64,000 nt of DNA. It comes from Narcine bancroftii. Its lineage: Eukaryota. A program made the translations under genes and the position numbers. The first letter of the stretch is position 1; each line of letters starts with the position of its first letter. Of the stretch, positions 37,870-50,281 are shown piece by piece. The DNA is taken from the NCBI RefSeq assembly GCF_036971445.1, contig NC_091472.1, positions 83,886,001 through 83,950,000 on the forward strand, read 5' to 3'. The notes beneath the pieces were generated by a model, which saw only the letters and a program-made list of their open reading frames with translations, was not told the origin of the DNA and ran no database searches.

Positions 37870-39164
37870 ATTGACTTTTAGGACCAGGGGTTACAATCCC
37901 TGATGTTTCAGAAATGGATAGATTGATCATCTCTCATAGAATTAGCATGGTCGGTTGCCTAATTACAATAATGGAGAATGACCACTATGGAATATTATCT
38001 GGTATCGGTCACATCTTCATTTGTATTCCCTGGTATCATTGGGTGTTTCAACCTTTAGAACACAAGCCACCCTCTGCCAAGGCAGGACCACCACAAGCTG
38101 AACAGACATGGATGTGTGTCCCATATCCATTTCTTCTAGTGATCATTTGGAGCCCAGATAGGATCCTTCCTTTTCAGCCAGATCCAGTCGCTACTCATTT
38201 CAGCTTAATCGTAAAGGGAGTTAATTACCTTTCTGAGGGCTTGCCCTGTGATTCCTACTTCCCTCAGAAGCTTGCATTTGACTACAAATCCTCCACAACC
38301 GATTTCAACTGGGTACATCCTCACTTTTCAGCCTCACTCTTCTGCTTCTATGGCAAGATTAGTATAACGTAGTGTCTTCTGTTCTTGCGCCTCCCGATGA
38401 TTGTCAACTCAATCATGAAGAAAAGCTGCTAAGAACTGGACCAGAGTATCAGATCTTATCTCAGATTGGTGCTGGTAATTTCAAATGGAAAGATGGCCGT
38501 GTTCAGTGGGCCTGTAGCTCGGAGTGAGGAGGAGTGGGTCCTGTGATTCATTCTCTCCTGGATGAAAGGTATTAGGCATGGGAAGGTGCCTGGCTCTGGG
38601 TGTTTGAGGGCAGGGCATTCAAAGTTATTCTCTTTTCTTCGAGTTTGATTGTTAGACATCTCAGCACTTGATTGTGTCACCAGGTCTATCAGTCTTGGGT
38701 GCGACTGACATTGCACCCAACCAAAATGTGCTTGAGGGTAGCAGGAACTGTGCAGAGGGGACATGCTGGATCCTCTCCCGACCACAGATTTAGGTTTGTG
38801 GGAGAGGGCTGAAGTGCCAGTTGACGAAGTAGACAAAGACGATGTAGTCAAAGAATAATCATGGCTTTTATTAGCAGAAACTCATGGTACAATAATGAAA
38901 GACAATAGGTGCAGACACAGTTATACCCAAGGGGAGTGTCCTTAACAGTCGAGATAATGCAGAGCCAATGTTAGAACAGTAAGGCTCTGCCAGAGGGGAG
39001 ACAGACAGCTTGACAGACATTCATCACAAGTGCAAGACATTATATGTAATTACATTACATTATAAGCTTTCCACAAGTTTTTCCCAGGTTAGTTTCCTCC
39101 TTTCACTGCTCTCCTATCTTGTCCATTGCCCTTGTTTTGGTTGAGATATGCCTTTGGCAAACCT
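37870..39164 (-). mobile_element. HERO-clade non-LTR retrotransposon (restriction-like endonuclease), 3' part
   Basis: Minus strand: AKGISQPKQGQWTR..RRKLTW; TYNVLPSPTNLNLWSGEDPACPLC..LKHILVGC..TW*HNQVLRCL; TNLR*DLILWSSS..IELT; YPVEIGCGGFV; SSDWIWLKRKD. Confidence 0.85.
38810..39028 (-). mobile_element. Solo LTR, family B, inserted in the HERO ORF
   Basis: Reverse complement of 22009-22227; TSD AGGGC/AGTGC. Removing it restores TYNVLPSPTNL. Confidence 0.92.
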
Positions 39165-39259
39165 GGTGCATATGTACATTGTACCTATGCATATAACAAT
39201 AAATTCATTATCATTAGATAACATAAAAGTATCAATTGTGAAATAGTGCTCAATTGTGA

Positions 39260-40345
39260 GAGTTCAAAAATAGCACCAAAATGGTATCAGGTGTATTGAA
39301 GATTGTTACAATCAACAGAGACGATTCATGTCTTTTAAGAAACTAAAAAATAAATATAATTTGACAAATAGAGCATTATTCTTCTATCTCCAATTACAAT
39401 CTTTTTTAAGGGTTAAGTTAGGATCATCATTGCCCCTACCAATGTGCACAGACATGGAGGTTCTAATTCGAAAGGAGAATTTATTTCTACTATGTATTTC
39501 CTCCTCCAATTCCACAGCCCAAAAATTGGGTTATATAGATCTTGGGAAAGATGGGAATCGGATTTGTGCACTGTAATTGATCAACAATGCTGGTCAAATT
39601 TATGCTTAGAGTATGACAGCTCTTGTTAATTCAAGAAATAGAACGATACATTTCAATTTTTTACATCAACTATATCTCGCACTTCAAAATTTACATCATA
39701 GTAAATCGGAAATCTCAAATATGCTTTGTAGGTGTGGCATAGATATTGGTACTTCTATACATTCTACCTGGTTATGATTGAAATTAAACCTTTTTGGATA
39801 AATTTGGGGGAAATATTAATGAAAATTATGGAGGTGGACTTCCCTCTTGATCTGTAATTGTTCCTTTTGGGGAATTTGGCTGTCATGAATGTTAACTTCC
39901 CCAAAAGTAAATCCAAATTTATTAAAATCGCTTTGGCAATGGCCAGGAAATGTCTAGCAGTAACATGGAAATCCAATTCCCTCTTACATATTGATCGTTG
40001 GAATCTGGAAATGCAAAATTGTACATCCCTGGAGAAAATTACTTATAATCTTATAATCTTAGGTATTAATTAATAGATATTTAGCAACTTAATTTGAATT
40101 ATTTAAATGCCTGGATAGTTTAGTCTATTTATTAAATATTTTATATTTAATTTTCATCCCTTATTAGTAATTTTATATTTTTTTCTATTCTTTCTTTTCC
40201 TTTCTCTTTAGGTACGGTATAGAAGGGTTCTTTCGAGGCTTAATGTGCATTTTAAGGATATAGTTTTTTTATTCATTTGCATATCTTCATATATACATTT
40301 ATTGAGCCCTCCTTTTGGTGTGTGTATCTATTATTTTCTTCCAAA
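39260..40345 (+). mobile_element. L1-clade ORF2 C-terminal fragment
   Basis: MSFKKLKNKYNL..FFYLQLQSFL; CRCG..GT..H..W..IKPFW; ALAMARKCLAVTWKS..W..SLEKITY. Confidence 0.85.
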
Positions 40346-40814
40346 TTAAATATAGAAAGTAATTGCGAGAGTTTGAAGAAGATTACGTGGTTAATTAAGC
40401 AAAAATGGCTTTTCCGATGAGTGCAGTTTTGAGTCAGGTAGTCACCCAATCAGTAATCTCTTGGCCTTTTGTTTTCACATTTGTATTTAACATCAAAATC
40501 AACCTCAGCGTCACATCTAGCACTTTATTCAGAAAGCAGCATTATAAACCCCGACATATAATGGTTCATATTTTATTTCCCTTATGAATCTGATTAATTA
40601 ATTCTTGCTGGTGTGTTAAGTACCTCTGGCATAGCCTTTTGAAGTTGACAGAGCAATTATGACTTTAAAAGCTGGATTTCTGACAATTTAAAATATTATA
40701 GAAAGAAAACATCACATCAGAGACAACTCCTTTTGAGGGGAATCAACTTTCAACACTGATGATCAAAAGGTTATCTTTAATTTTCTGATTATTTAAAAAA
40801 TGTGCTTTTCAGTA

Positions 40815-41914
40815 CCAGATTTGATGGCATACAAGACCCACTTTTTTTTTCCCAAAAAAATGGCTCAAAAATATCCCTCTGGTCTTGTATTAAAATTGAA
40901 GTATCCTGTAGGCTAATGTTTACGCAGACGCCATAGACTATTTGTACCTAGCCTAACTCCAAAATATTGTCAAATTACTTACTCAAATATCAACATTGTT
41001 ATTGCTATTCTCCTTCTTATCACTACAGGCACTTTAATTAAAAAAGGAATAATCATTAAAATTAAAACTGGATGTTCTAAGGCAAAGATCTTCATTAGCA
41101 CCCAACTCTTAAAAAGTTAAGCAGTAACCGTTTCTGAGCTCGCAAGTGTGATACTGTCTATTTATATCCCTACCTCATATATCTAATTCTTTTTTAGATT
41201 GAAACATGTTATAGTTTTAAAAGAAACTTGAAATTAGGGTGATAAAGGTGAGTAATGGCGTCAGTGATCATCGTCTCTGCTTGGCTCACTAGCATCACCG
41301 CCATCCATCGTGGTGGACCTAGAAACTCCTCGTCATGCTCAATGAGCCGTGGCCATTTTGTGTATTTGCTGTTTATCACAATGAATGCTTTCTGCTATTG
41401 CTAAGTTGATATTGTTTGCTTTTGTAATGTTTTATTACTGTATTCATGTATGGTTATGATATTTTTTTTACTGTAAATGACTTCTTGTCTGATTTCCTGC
41501 TTTATGTTCAATCGTACTGGTAACGTGCTTTGTGTAAAATGTTTTCTGTTATACCTACAGTGTTTTTGTTTTTCTTGCCATGTAAGATATTTTCACTGTA
41601 AATGACTTCTTCTTAACTGATATTTTCATCTCTTATTGGTAGCTTGTTTTATAAAATGTTTTCTGCTATAGCTAAGCTGTTTTTGCTTCCTCTTGTAAAT
41701 TACAGCAGTATCATTATTATTAAAAAGAGATTTTTCCTGTTGTCCGAGTGCAGGTTTTGTCCAAGTTTTTTTTCTGCTATACTGAAGCTACATATTTCAA
41801 TAATATTACATGCTTAGTCATAAATACACTAAAAAGAACAATATTCCCAACTAAAATGGGGGGTGGGTAGGGGTGTATTATATGCCCATGGGTCTTGTAT
41901 GAAATTAAATATCG
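40815..41914. mobile_element. Tc1/mariner-pogo-type non-autonomous element, same family as 11276-11908, opposite orientation
   Basis: TA flanks; TIRs ccagatttgatggcatacaagaccc / gggtcttgtatgaaattaaatatcg. About 41640-41914 is the reverse complement of about 11276-11545. Confidence 0.88.
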
Positions 41915-43386
41915 TATTTATGAGGATTATTCCAGCAAAGTGGAAAGAAAATGTAACTTATTTGATACAGTTTAATAAGTAAGCTTTCCTAATGGACAAA
42001 ATCATTTTAATTTCAAACAATTCCAAAAGCTTCAAAATGAAAAGCAGAAATAGGAGTAGAATCCATTTAGTCACTAGAACCTTAAAATGATGTGCTCCTT
42101 TTGATGTTTTCAGATCTTTTAATCGCATCATTGTCTGTCAATTCACATCAAGCAGCCTTATTCATCAGTCCTTTGGTTCAAAACACTCAAGATAGTATGT
42201 AGTTTGTAAATGGACTGAAAATGAAAGTCTTAAATTCAATGCTTATTTTTAAATTTCAGCTTCCTATTCAAAGATCAGGTTCATAAGCAACATTGTTTCC
42301 ACCAATTAGGCAGGACCTTGAATAAATATTTTTGAAAATTATTTTCAAAGATTGAATATGATGGAAGATACAAAATTTACTCTCTTCATTCATTGAAAAT
42401 ACAAATTAAATTAATACGGGTGGTTAGTTCAAACTCTCACCGCCTTCTTTATGAAATTATTTTCAAATTCAGGAGTTTTCTTCATATTTCTAGAGTGGAT
42501 TATTACAGCACATAAAGAAACTTTTGCAACACAATAGACTTCATCTTTGTGTAACAATGCTTTGGTTTCCCAAGGGAAAATGTGTATCTGAAAATTGAGC
42601 AAGCAACTAGCAGTCTGTTACGCAAAATAGTTTTAGTTAATCCTTGATGCAGAACTCAATATCCCTTTCATAGCATAGCCCCTCCAAATCTTTTTCCTCT
42701 TACCTTAAATTTGTGGTAGTTGGTGTTGAATTTTCTATTGGAGAAGATTCAATGCTGGCATTTTGAAATGGCATTGATTGTTATCGACACATTTTCAGAG
42801 GTCAGGTAAAGGAAAGCAAATTATTGTTTAATTCTTAGTGCATTTTTTAAAGTGTTATAAACATGACAGAATTCTGTACATCTACTTTTAATTTTAAAAA
42901 TTCTTGAGATTACAATCTGACAGCCAAAACAGGAAATAATAATTAGTGTGTACTCCAAAGAAAAGCAAAGATTCCTCCCTATGTTAAAATATGATGAGCA
43001 ATGAATAACAGATGTGACATATACTGGTAAGTAAAATGTAAAATATGTAAAGGAGACACATCTTTCAAGTAAGATGTTAATGGCAGAATACTGATCAGAA
43101 TATCTTACCACTTCTGTTAGAGATGAGTGGTAGCTTATAGACAGATATGTGTTTTTCATTTATTAATTTTTGGGGCTGACGAAGAAAAGCATTAATATTA
43201 CTTGCTACATAGAGGACAATGCCTGCTTGCGTGTAGGTCTCACTGCATGCAGGTGTGGACAACATCATTTGCAGCAAATTTGCAAATGGACCTGAATATT
43301 ATGGACAAGGATCCCCAATGTCTTCCTCTCAGTGATGAGAGGAAGACTGTCTGTGAATCAGTTTGAAAATGCTGAGGTGCAGGACA

Positions 43387-44610
43387 CAGTTCAAAGTTCA
43401 GATTTATTGTCAGCATGCATACATGACATCACATGTAACCCTGAGATTCTTCTTACTGCGGGCCAGGCAGAATTTCTATGTATCCATAACTATAAACCAT
43501 ACTCAAGAAAAAAGATACATATACAAGAGAACAAGAGACAGACATGTCAAGAAAGAAAGAAATGTAAATAAACTGTGCAATGCAGAAAAAATATTCAGTA
43601 ATAAATAATGTACAAAGTAAGAGACCTAATTGAATGTGTCGGTTAGGAATCCGACGGTGGAGAGATATCAATTATTCTAACCCTAGTGGTATGAGTTTTG
43701 TGGCATCTATACATCTTTACTGATGGCAGCAGCAAGAACAGAGCATGCCCTTGGTAGTGTGGATGATTGATGATTGCTGCTGCTGTCTGAAAGCAGTATT
43801 TCATGGAGTTTTTCTCAATGGTGGGGAAGTTTGCTTCTGATGTACTGAGCTGGGTTCACAACTTTTCCAGTGCATTTTGCTCCTGTGAGGCAGACGGTCA
43901 GCACATTTTACATTACACATCTGTGGAAGTTTACCAAGGTTTCTGATGACATAACAAATCCACACAACCTCCTAAGAAGAAGTGATGCTGATGTCCTTTC
44001 TTCACGATGGCTTGGGTACAATGGGTCCAGGAAAGGTCCTCCAAGATAGTGACTCCCAGGAATTTGAAAATGCTCACCTTCTCTTCTGATCCCCCAATGA
44101 TTACTGGATTGTACACCTCAGGTTTTCTCTTCCTAAAGTATTCAAAGAGCTTCTTGGTCTTGGTGACATTGAGTGAGAGGTTGTTGCTAGAACATCATCC
44201 AGCCAAGTTTTCAATCTATGGTTGTTGCTAGAACATCATCCAGCCAAGTTTTCAATCTGTATGCAAACTGATCATCCCTTTCTATGCAGCCCACTACTTT
44301 GGTATTGTCAGTAAATTTGTAAATGGCAAATTTGAAATGTTGTCATAGGTGTAAAGTGTATAGAGCTGGGGGCTAAGAAAGCAGTCCTGAGGTGTTCCAG
44401 GACTGATGGAGATTGTGGAAAAGATGTTCTTGCCAGCCTGCACTAATTGGGGTCTGGAGGTAAGGAAATCCAGGATCCAATAACACAGTGGGTACTAAGG
44501 CCCAGGTCTTGGAATTTGCTGATTAGTTTTAAGGTGACGATGGTGTTGAATGCCAAACTGTAGTCAGTAATCCTGATGAATGCATCTTTGCTCTCCAGGT
44601 GTTCCAGGGC
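43387..44610 (-). mobile_element. Rex1/Babar LINE 3' portion
   Basis: Tail ttcaaagttcagatttattgtc; FKFLGVTILEDLSWTH..VKKGHQ (ORF 43931-44116). Confidence 0.85.
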
Positions 44611-45204
44611 TCTTCCATTTTGTCCTGGAATTTGTAGTATTGCAACTACTTTCCTTTATGGCATTAAGGAGTCTATTTTTAGCAGTGCTTCTTCAGGCCA
44701 CATGGTCAAAAAACCCTTTGATATCAAAAACAATCACCATTAGCTCACTTGCTGAATTCAGCTATTTTGTCCATATTTGGACCAAAGCTCTGATGAGGTC
44801 TGGAGTCAAGTGGTCATGCCAAATCTTAAAACAATAAGAGAGCAGATTATTGGAGCCCAAGCTTCACTTTTTAGTGCTATTAATTACATCTGTAATCACA
44901 TTGTTAGTTGTGAAAAGTCAAATGAATGGACATGAATCAGGTAGAAAATGTTTGACTTGCCTTCTGGATGCAGGCTGTACAATTTTCCACTTTAGATGGG
45001 GATGCAACAAGCTCTGGAGAGCATGCCCTTAGGGCAACAGGTAAGATATTCTTCAGTGCCATAGCCTTTGTTGGTATACTGTACTTTCAGCCATTCATCC
45101 ATATTAAGGGCAATGAATTGAACTGGCTGGACAATGTCTTCTCCGGTGAATTTTGTAGTAAGCCAAATTGCTCATTTGCTCAGCGCGTGTGGCTGGTACA
45201 TGGA

Positions 45205-45605
45205 TAACGTTGCAGCTAGAGAGGATAGTCTCAGGCTACAGAAGGATATTGACCAGCTGGTAAAATGTGTGGAGCATTGGCAGATGAAATTTAATTCTGA
45301 TAAATGCAAAGTGAATGCATTTTGGAAAGTCATACATGATGAATGGTTGAAAGTATTGTAGAACAGAGGGTTACACAGATTAAAAGTGGTCTAAAAAAGT
45401 CATATGGGATACTAATTTTCATTATGTTGAGCACAGAATACAAAAGCAGGGATGTTATGGTACAACTTTATAAAATGTTCATGAGGCTACATCTTGAATA
45501 TAGTGTGCAGTTTTGGTAAATGGGATTAGTATGGATGTGGATTGATGTGTAATTGATGGACTGGATGAGCCAAAGGACGCTTTTTTTGTGCTGTAGGACT
45601 CTAAT
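45205..45605 (+). mobile_element. CR1 fragment
   Basis: EDSLRLQKDIDQLVKCVEHWQMKFNSDKCKV..LEYSVQFW plus a tail. Confidence 0.85.
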
Positions 45606-46749
45606 ATTGAATGTGGGAGTGAAAAGTTCATTTTTGCCTTAACCTCTTGCATGTTTTTTGAGACTCATTAACACCCAGCATTCATGACTCGAAGTGGAAT
45701 GACTACAGATCTTTTTTGGGGAAATAGAATATCAAAGGATTTAAAGTTAAACAAATACTTAATCCATCTTAAAGAAGATAATTTCATGTCTTCCAACTAT
45801 GTGAAATGATTAAACTCTCCTGTCCAGATCTAGCATCTGGCACCCAAGCGTTCCAATATGGCAGTAACTTGAAAATAATTAAAGGTTGCGAGTGAATGCA
45901 TCATACTGTCATTTTAACAATACCAACAACTCCAACTGCACCTGTGATTTCAAGGATATTAACATCAGCCATCTGCAGTGTAGGAAACCTACCAGGATGA
46001 ACATTTGGAATGCTCGCAGGTGACAACAGAATTTTACATTTATTTTCATTATATTAAAAAAATCTGGAATATTATATAAAGTCTTTTCAGTTCAGCCTCC
46101 ACACTTAAACTATCGAATGTGATCTTCAATGTGTGCTGATGAGGTTTGCATTATTTAGGATTCACCAGATAAGCTGAGTGCCATATTCAGTCAGAAATCC
46201 AGCAAGGACTGGAGAATGAACGAATAGTGCCCTGGTGCAAGCACAAGTTCGTGAAAGGTATCCAGTGAATAGTATCTTTTTGACACACCCCATTTGCTAT
46301 AACATGATACAGGAATGGCTTGCAAAGGTGTTGAATGCAAAGTTACATTAAAAGTTGGAACATTATCCCTTTCATGCTCAAAATAGAAAAAAAATGTGAA
46401 TATTTTGTCCCCAAAGGAAGATTCTTTGCATGTGTATTCCAGATCAGAGCATGACACAAAACAATCAATACAGAAATATATTGTCTCATATTAAGTTTTG
46501 ACTGCAGCTTTGCTGGCTTTGAAATTTTTAAGCCTGTACAAGAGTTCCAGTCAATCACATTTATTGCTTTGCCTGTGCAAATAGATTGGTCAAGTAAACA
46601 TGTTGGCATTTGTCACATTGGCTGAAATTGCTTGATCAAAGCCTAAAGCAATAAACTCTACCTGTGGCCCAGTAACAAGTGCAAGTTCAACATTCCTCTG
46701 CAAATGTTCAGAGTTAGTGTGTGTTTTGTTGCCTTTGTATTTGGTTACC

Positions 46750-46787
46750 CCCTCCATAAATCTTCGTCCGCGAAGCCAAGCCAAAGA
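46750..46787 (+). mobile_element. 38-bp ultra-truncated RTE insertion
   Basis: Identical to the reverse complement of 28442-28479. 11-bp TSD ATTTGGTTACC at 46739-46749 and 46788-46798. Confidence 0.93.
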
Positions 46788-46852
46788 ATTTGGTTACCAT
46801 CTAAATAACATGCCATCTCAGAACATGGACAGTCAATATTTTTTTTGAAATA

Positions 46853-47647
46853 CAGTACAACTCAAATTATCTGAAATCCTCATTTAACCAATTTTTTTGA
46901 ATCTGGAAGTTCGTCTCCAAAGAATTTTGGATAAATGAGGATATCCAAAGCAATCAGAAATCCTTAGTTATCCAAAATTTGTTCAGAGCAGAACTGACCT
47001 CACAGGTTGAAAAAAATTCACCCCTCATGAAATTAGAACGATAATTGTCCTCATTTCAGGTAACTCCCTTCCTTCTGTCTTACCATTTCTTCTTTACCTA
47101 CCCCATTGACTTTTATCTCGAACTCTCCCTCTCAAACAACATGCCACTGTTTTCTAGCTGCATGCTGTCGGAAGAATCCCTTTCCCGGCATCATCATGGA
47201 GTGGCCTCCCGAGCAGGAGTGAGGACTTTGGGATCCTGGGCAGGAACGCGACTTTGGTGATTGGTGGCAGCGGTTGGGGGGGGGGCGTGAGCAGGCGAAG
47301 ACTGAGTCTGTGTCAGGCTCCAATATCCAGAACCAGGACACAAAGCTGGAACTGTCCCTGCTGGAATGAGCCATGGGGAGACAGAAGCCCGCTGACTCGC
47401 CAGTGGGTTCCTCTAGCCTGTGAAATCTCCCCAGGGATCAGCGGCAGCAGTGGGGACTTGTTGGGGACCGGTGGCGGTGAGAATTACTTATTTTAATGCT
47501 TAGAAAGCCTTCCCTTGTTGTTTGTTTGGATTGATACAAGTGATTTGCTGTTACTACTGTTTTTTAAAAAGTGACCAGTTATCCGAAAAATTCAGTCATC
47601 CGAAATAGGTCCAGTCCTGACCATTTTGGATATTTGGAGTGGTAATT
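46853..47647. mobile_element. Tigger/pogo-type non-autonomous element with GC-rich core
   Basis: TA-CAGTACAACTCAAATTATCTGAAA ... TTTGGATATTTGGAGTGGTAATT; repeated ttatcc(g/a)aaa subterminal motifs. Confidence 0.7.
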
Positions 47648-48319
47648 TTATTTTAAGAAAATGTAGAAATTATACAAAAATCTTTTGGGGTTTCTTTAAC
47701 TCTTCCCAAACATCACATCCATTATTTAAACAGTGCTGCTCAGAACCCAACAAGTGAGTAAGGGTTCAAATTCTGGCTTTAGAAGCTGAGGGCACATTTA
47801 GTACAGAACAGGCAGGACAAAGAGACATGTCTTTTCATGCACTTTTGAAAGATAACAGCTTATTGGAAAACACCCTATGCTTTTTTTCTCTCTAGAAACC
47901 TTCAGACTAAGGGTGAGGGAGAGCTTCAAAAAATGTGGGAATTTGTTGGAATAACAAAACAAAAGGAACATGTTCCCAATTGACCTCGGGGGGGGGGGAC
48001 AATATGGAGACAAGGAAAGTATAAAAGTTAGTGGTAAGTCCAAAAGGGTAATCCAATATCTGACTGGGTTGTGAAACTTCTTATCACAAAGAGCAATTCA
48101 GGCAAATAGTATAGATGTCAACTGCATGTGAAATAGAAAGGAATAAAGGATCTGTTAAATAAGGCAAAGGGGGTGACATGCCACATTCTCTGTGTGGTCA
48201 TTCATTTTTAAACAAGTATGATTTATAAACCTAGAGTTCAGATTTGTGACAAGAACACATTCAGCATTGTCCTTGTCCTCGATCTAGCAAAGATGAAGGA
48301 AAACAGAAGGGGAAAATAG

Positions 48320-48730
48320 CCTTGCATTTACATAGCACCTTTCATATACCCCCAGACATGAAAAGTGCTTTCCAGCTCATGAAGTACTTCACAGAACATA
48401 TCTACTGTTATAAGGTAGAGAAAGGATCGGATAATCCGATAACTAGTTTCAGTTATGTAGGGGAGTTGTCCCACCAAGAGGGACCAGATATTGCTCCACC
48501 TTTTCTTGGAATTAAAATAGAATTGTGGTTCACCTGAATGTGTTTGTGATTCACTTTAAGAGCATTGACCATAGGATATGTAAATGAAGCATGAGCCACA
48601 AAGCAACATGGCAGAAACAAGTATTTTCTGTTTATATCTTATTTTTCCATCTTACCTGAAAGATGGCACCAGCAACTTTATGTGGCATTGGCTCACAAGT
48701 GCATACATCTGTTGACTGGAACTACCACCC
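48320..48730 (-). mobile_element. Ancient Deu-domain (SacSINE/AmnSINE-like) SINE
   Basis: cttgcatttacatagcacctttca..aagtgctttccagctcatgaagtactt tail and catcttacctgaaagatggcacc Deu-domain motif. Confidence 0.6.
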
Positions 48731-50281
48731 ATAACACTTGACCACAGTTTAAGGGGGAAAACTATGAGAGGTGCAATGACCTTAGAGTTGGACACAGCAC
48801 AGTACAGGCCTTTCCAAGCCCATGAGCCTGTGCCTGCCCCTCCCCCTACTGCCCCCCCTTCTCGGCACCAAATACACCAATTAACTTACAACCCCCGTAT
48901 TTCTGATAAATATTTATTCATGCTAAAACTAGATTTCACACTGAGAAGAGGAATTACATTGGCAAACATTGTCAGACATGCATCCTACTTTTCTAAGCAT
49001 TTATGAAAAAAAATTAAGTATTTTGCAAGGCAGTTTTGCATTTTGATCATTTTTAAAATTAAAAAAATAAATGCATTGCATTTATATTGTGATTCAAATT
49101 GAATGATAATTGCCAATTGTTTTTCTTTTGAGAATGGATGACATTGTAAAATGATTTGTTGAACAAGCATTCCGATGGAGCCATTAATCCTATAAAGTAG
49201 ATAAAGTACTCCACAAGTGGGCTATCAATCATAAATTAAAACTAGTTTGGGAATATTAGGGAAAATTATCAAATTGTTTTATCACAGATATAGACTTAAC
49301 AGAGTATCTTAAAAAATAACAATGAAGTAGAGAGGAGAGAATCCCAGAAAATTAACTCTAAATTTGTGATAAATAAGCCCTAACTTTACAATAACATAAA
49401 CTGCATAATTTCAATGAAGCACCGCTGCAATAAATGGGCAGTACGATATTGCAGGTGTCTCACATGTTGTGCTTAATCTGTGACCTCTGATCTGTAGAAA
49501 CTGCTTGTCCTTCCAGCTTTCTTCACAACACAAAGATGTACTGGCCACCTCAAATCCTGCCACATGCAGATGGCTGGTGGGAGAACTGGAAGATTATTTA
49601 TGGGCAGGTGAGAGAATAGGTTGCAGGGAAATGCGTGGTAATGGGATTGTTCTGAGAGTTGGCATGGCATGCACATCTTTGAAAGAAAAAAAAACCAAGT
49701 CAACACGCAAGTTAAATTTTATAAACATTTGAAAGGATATATTGAAAAACATGATGAGAATCAGGTTTTTATAAACTCCAAAACATAAACCAAACCAATT
49801 CTAACAACTGTTTGGGTATCAAAGACAAACAAGAAATAGCACTGTTGTTTACAAATAAATATTTAAAAGGTTTTAACAAACTGATTTGAGTGAAAGGAAC
49901 TAATACTGAGAGGGGGTAAAATGGGAAATGTGAGAAAAACTCAGCATGTTCACTGGCTTATGTAGTAAGTGAAATATAGTTTTACAAATTGGTTTGATGA
50001 CCTTTCAACAGAATATTCACTCCCCTGTGATTTCCAGAACTTAATCCATCAAATGAATTATCATTCTGGAGTTATAGGCAAATCTGCAGACATGGAGCCT
50101 AAATTGAATACTGGTAATTTGTGTTCTTCATTTTTCTTTCCACCAACTCACCACCCTTCACCTACTGAACACACATCTTTAGCTTAATAAATAACAAATA
50201 ATAACAATAATAAATTGTAAATAATAACATAATCATTATTTGATCTCCAAGGCATCTGATCTGAAAGGCATCCAAGACTAA

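Larger units (their letters stand above)
37180..39215 (+). mobile_element. Rex1/Babar 3' fragment (37180-37869, tail resumes 39165-39215)
   Basis: FKFLGVHILEDLSW motif. The tail aagtaagaattgcagtg | ggtgcatatgtacattgtac..acaataaattc is collinear with the 27570-27630 tail. Confidence 0.75.

Noticed and set aside
37914-38372. 152-aa + strand ORF
   Set aside because: Antisense shadow of the HERO element; no protein-like motifs.
39040-39066. Short palindromic AT filler (atgtaattacat) inside HERO
   Set aside because: Looks like a repair scar at a small deletion; too short and low in complexity to support a function.
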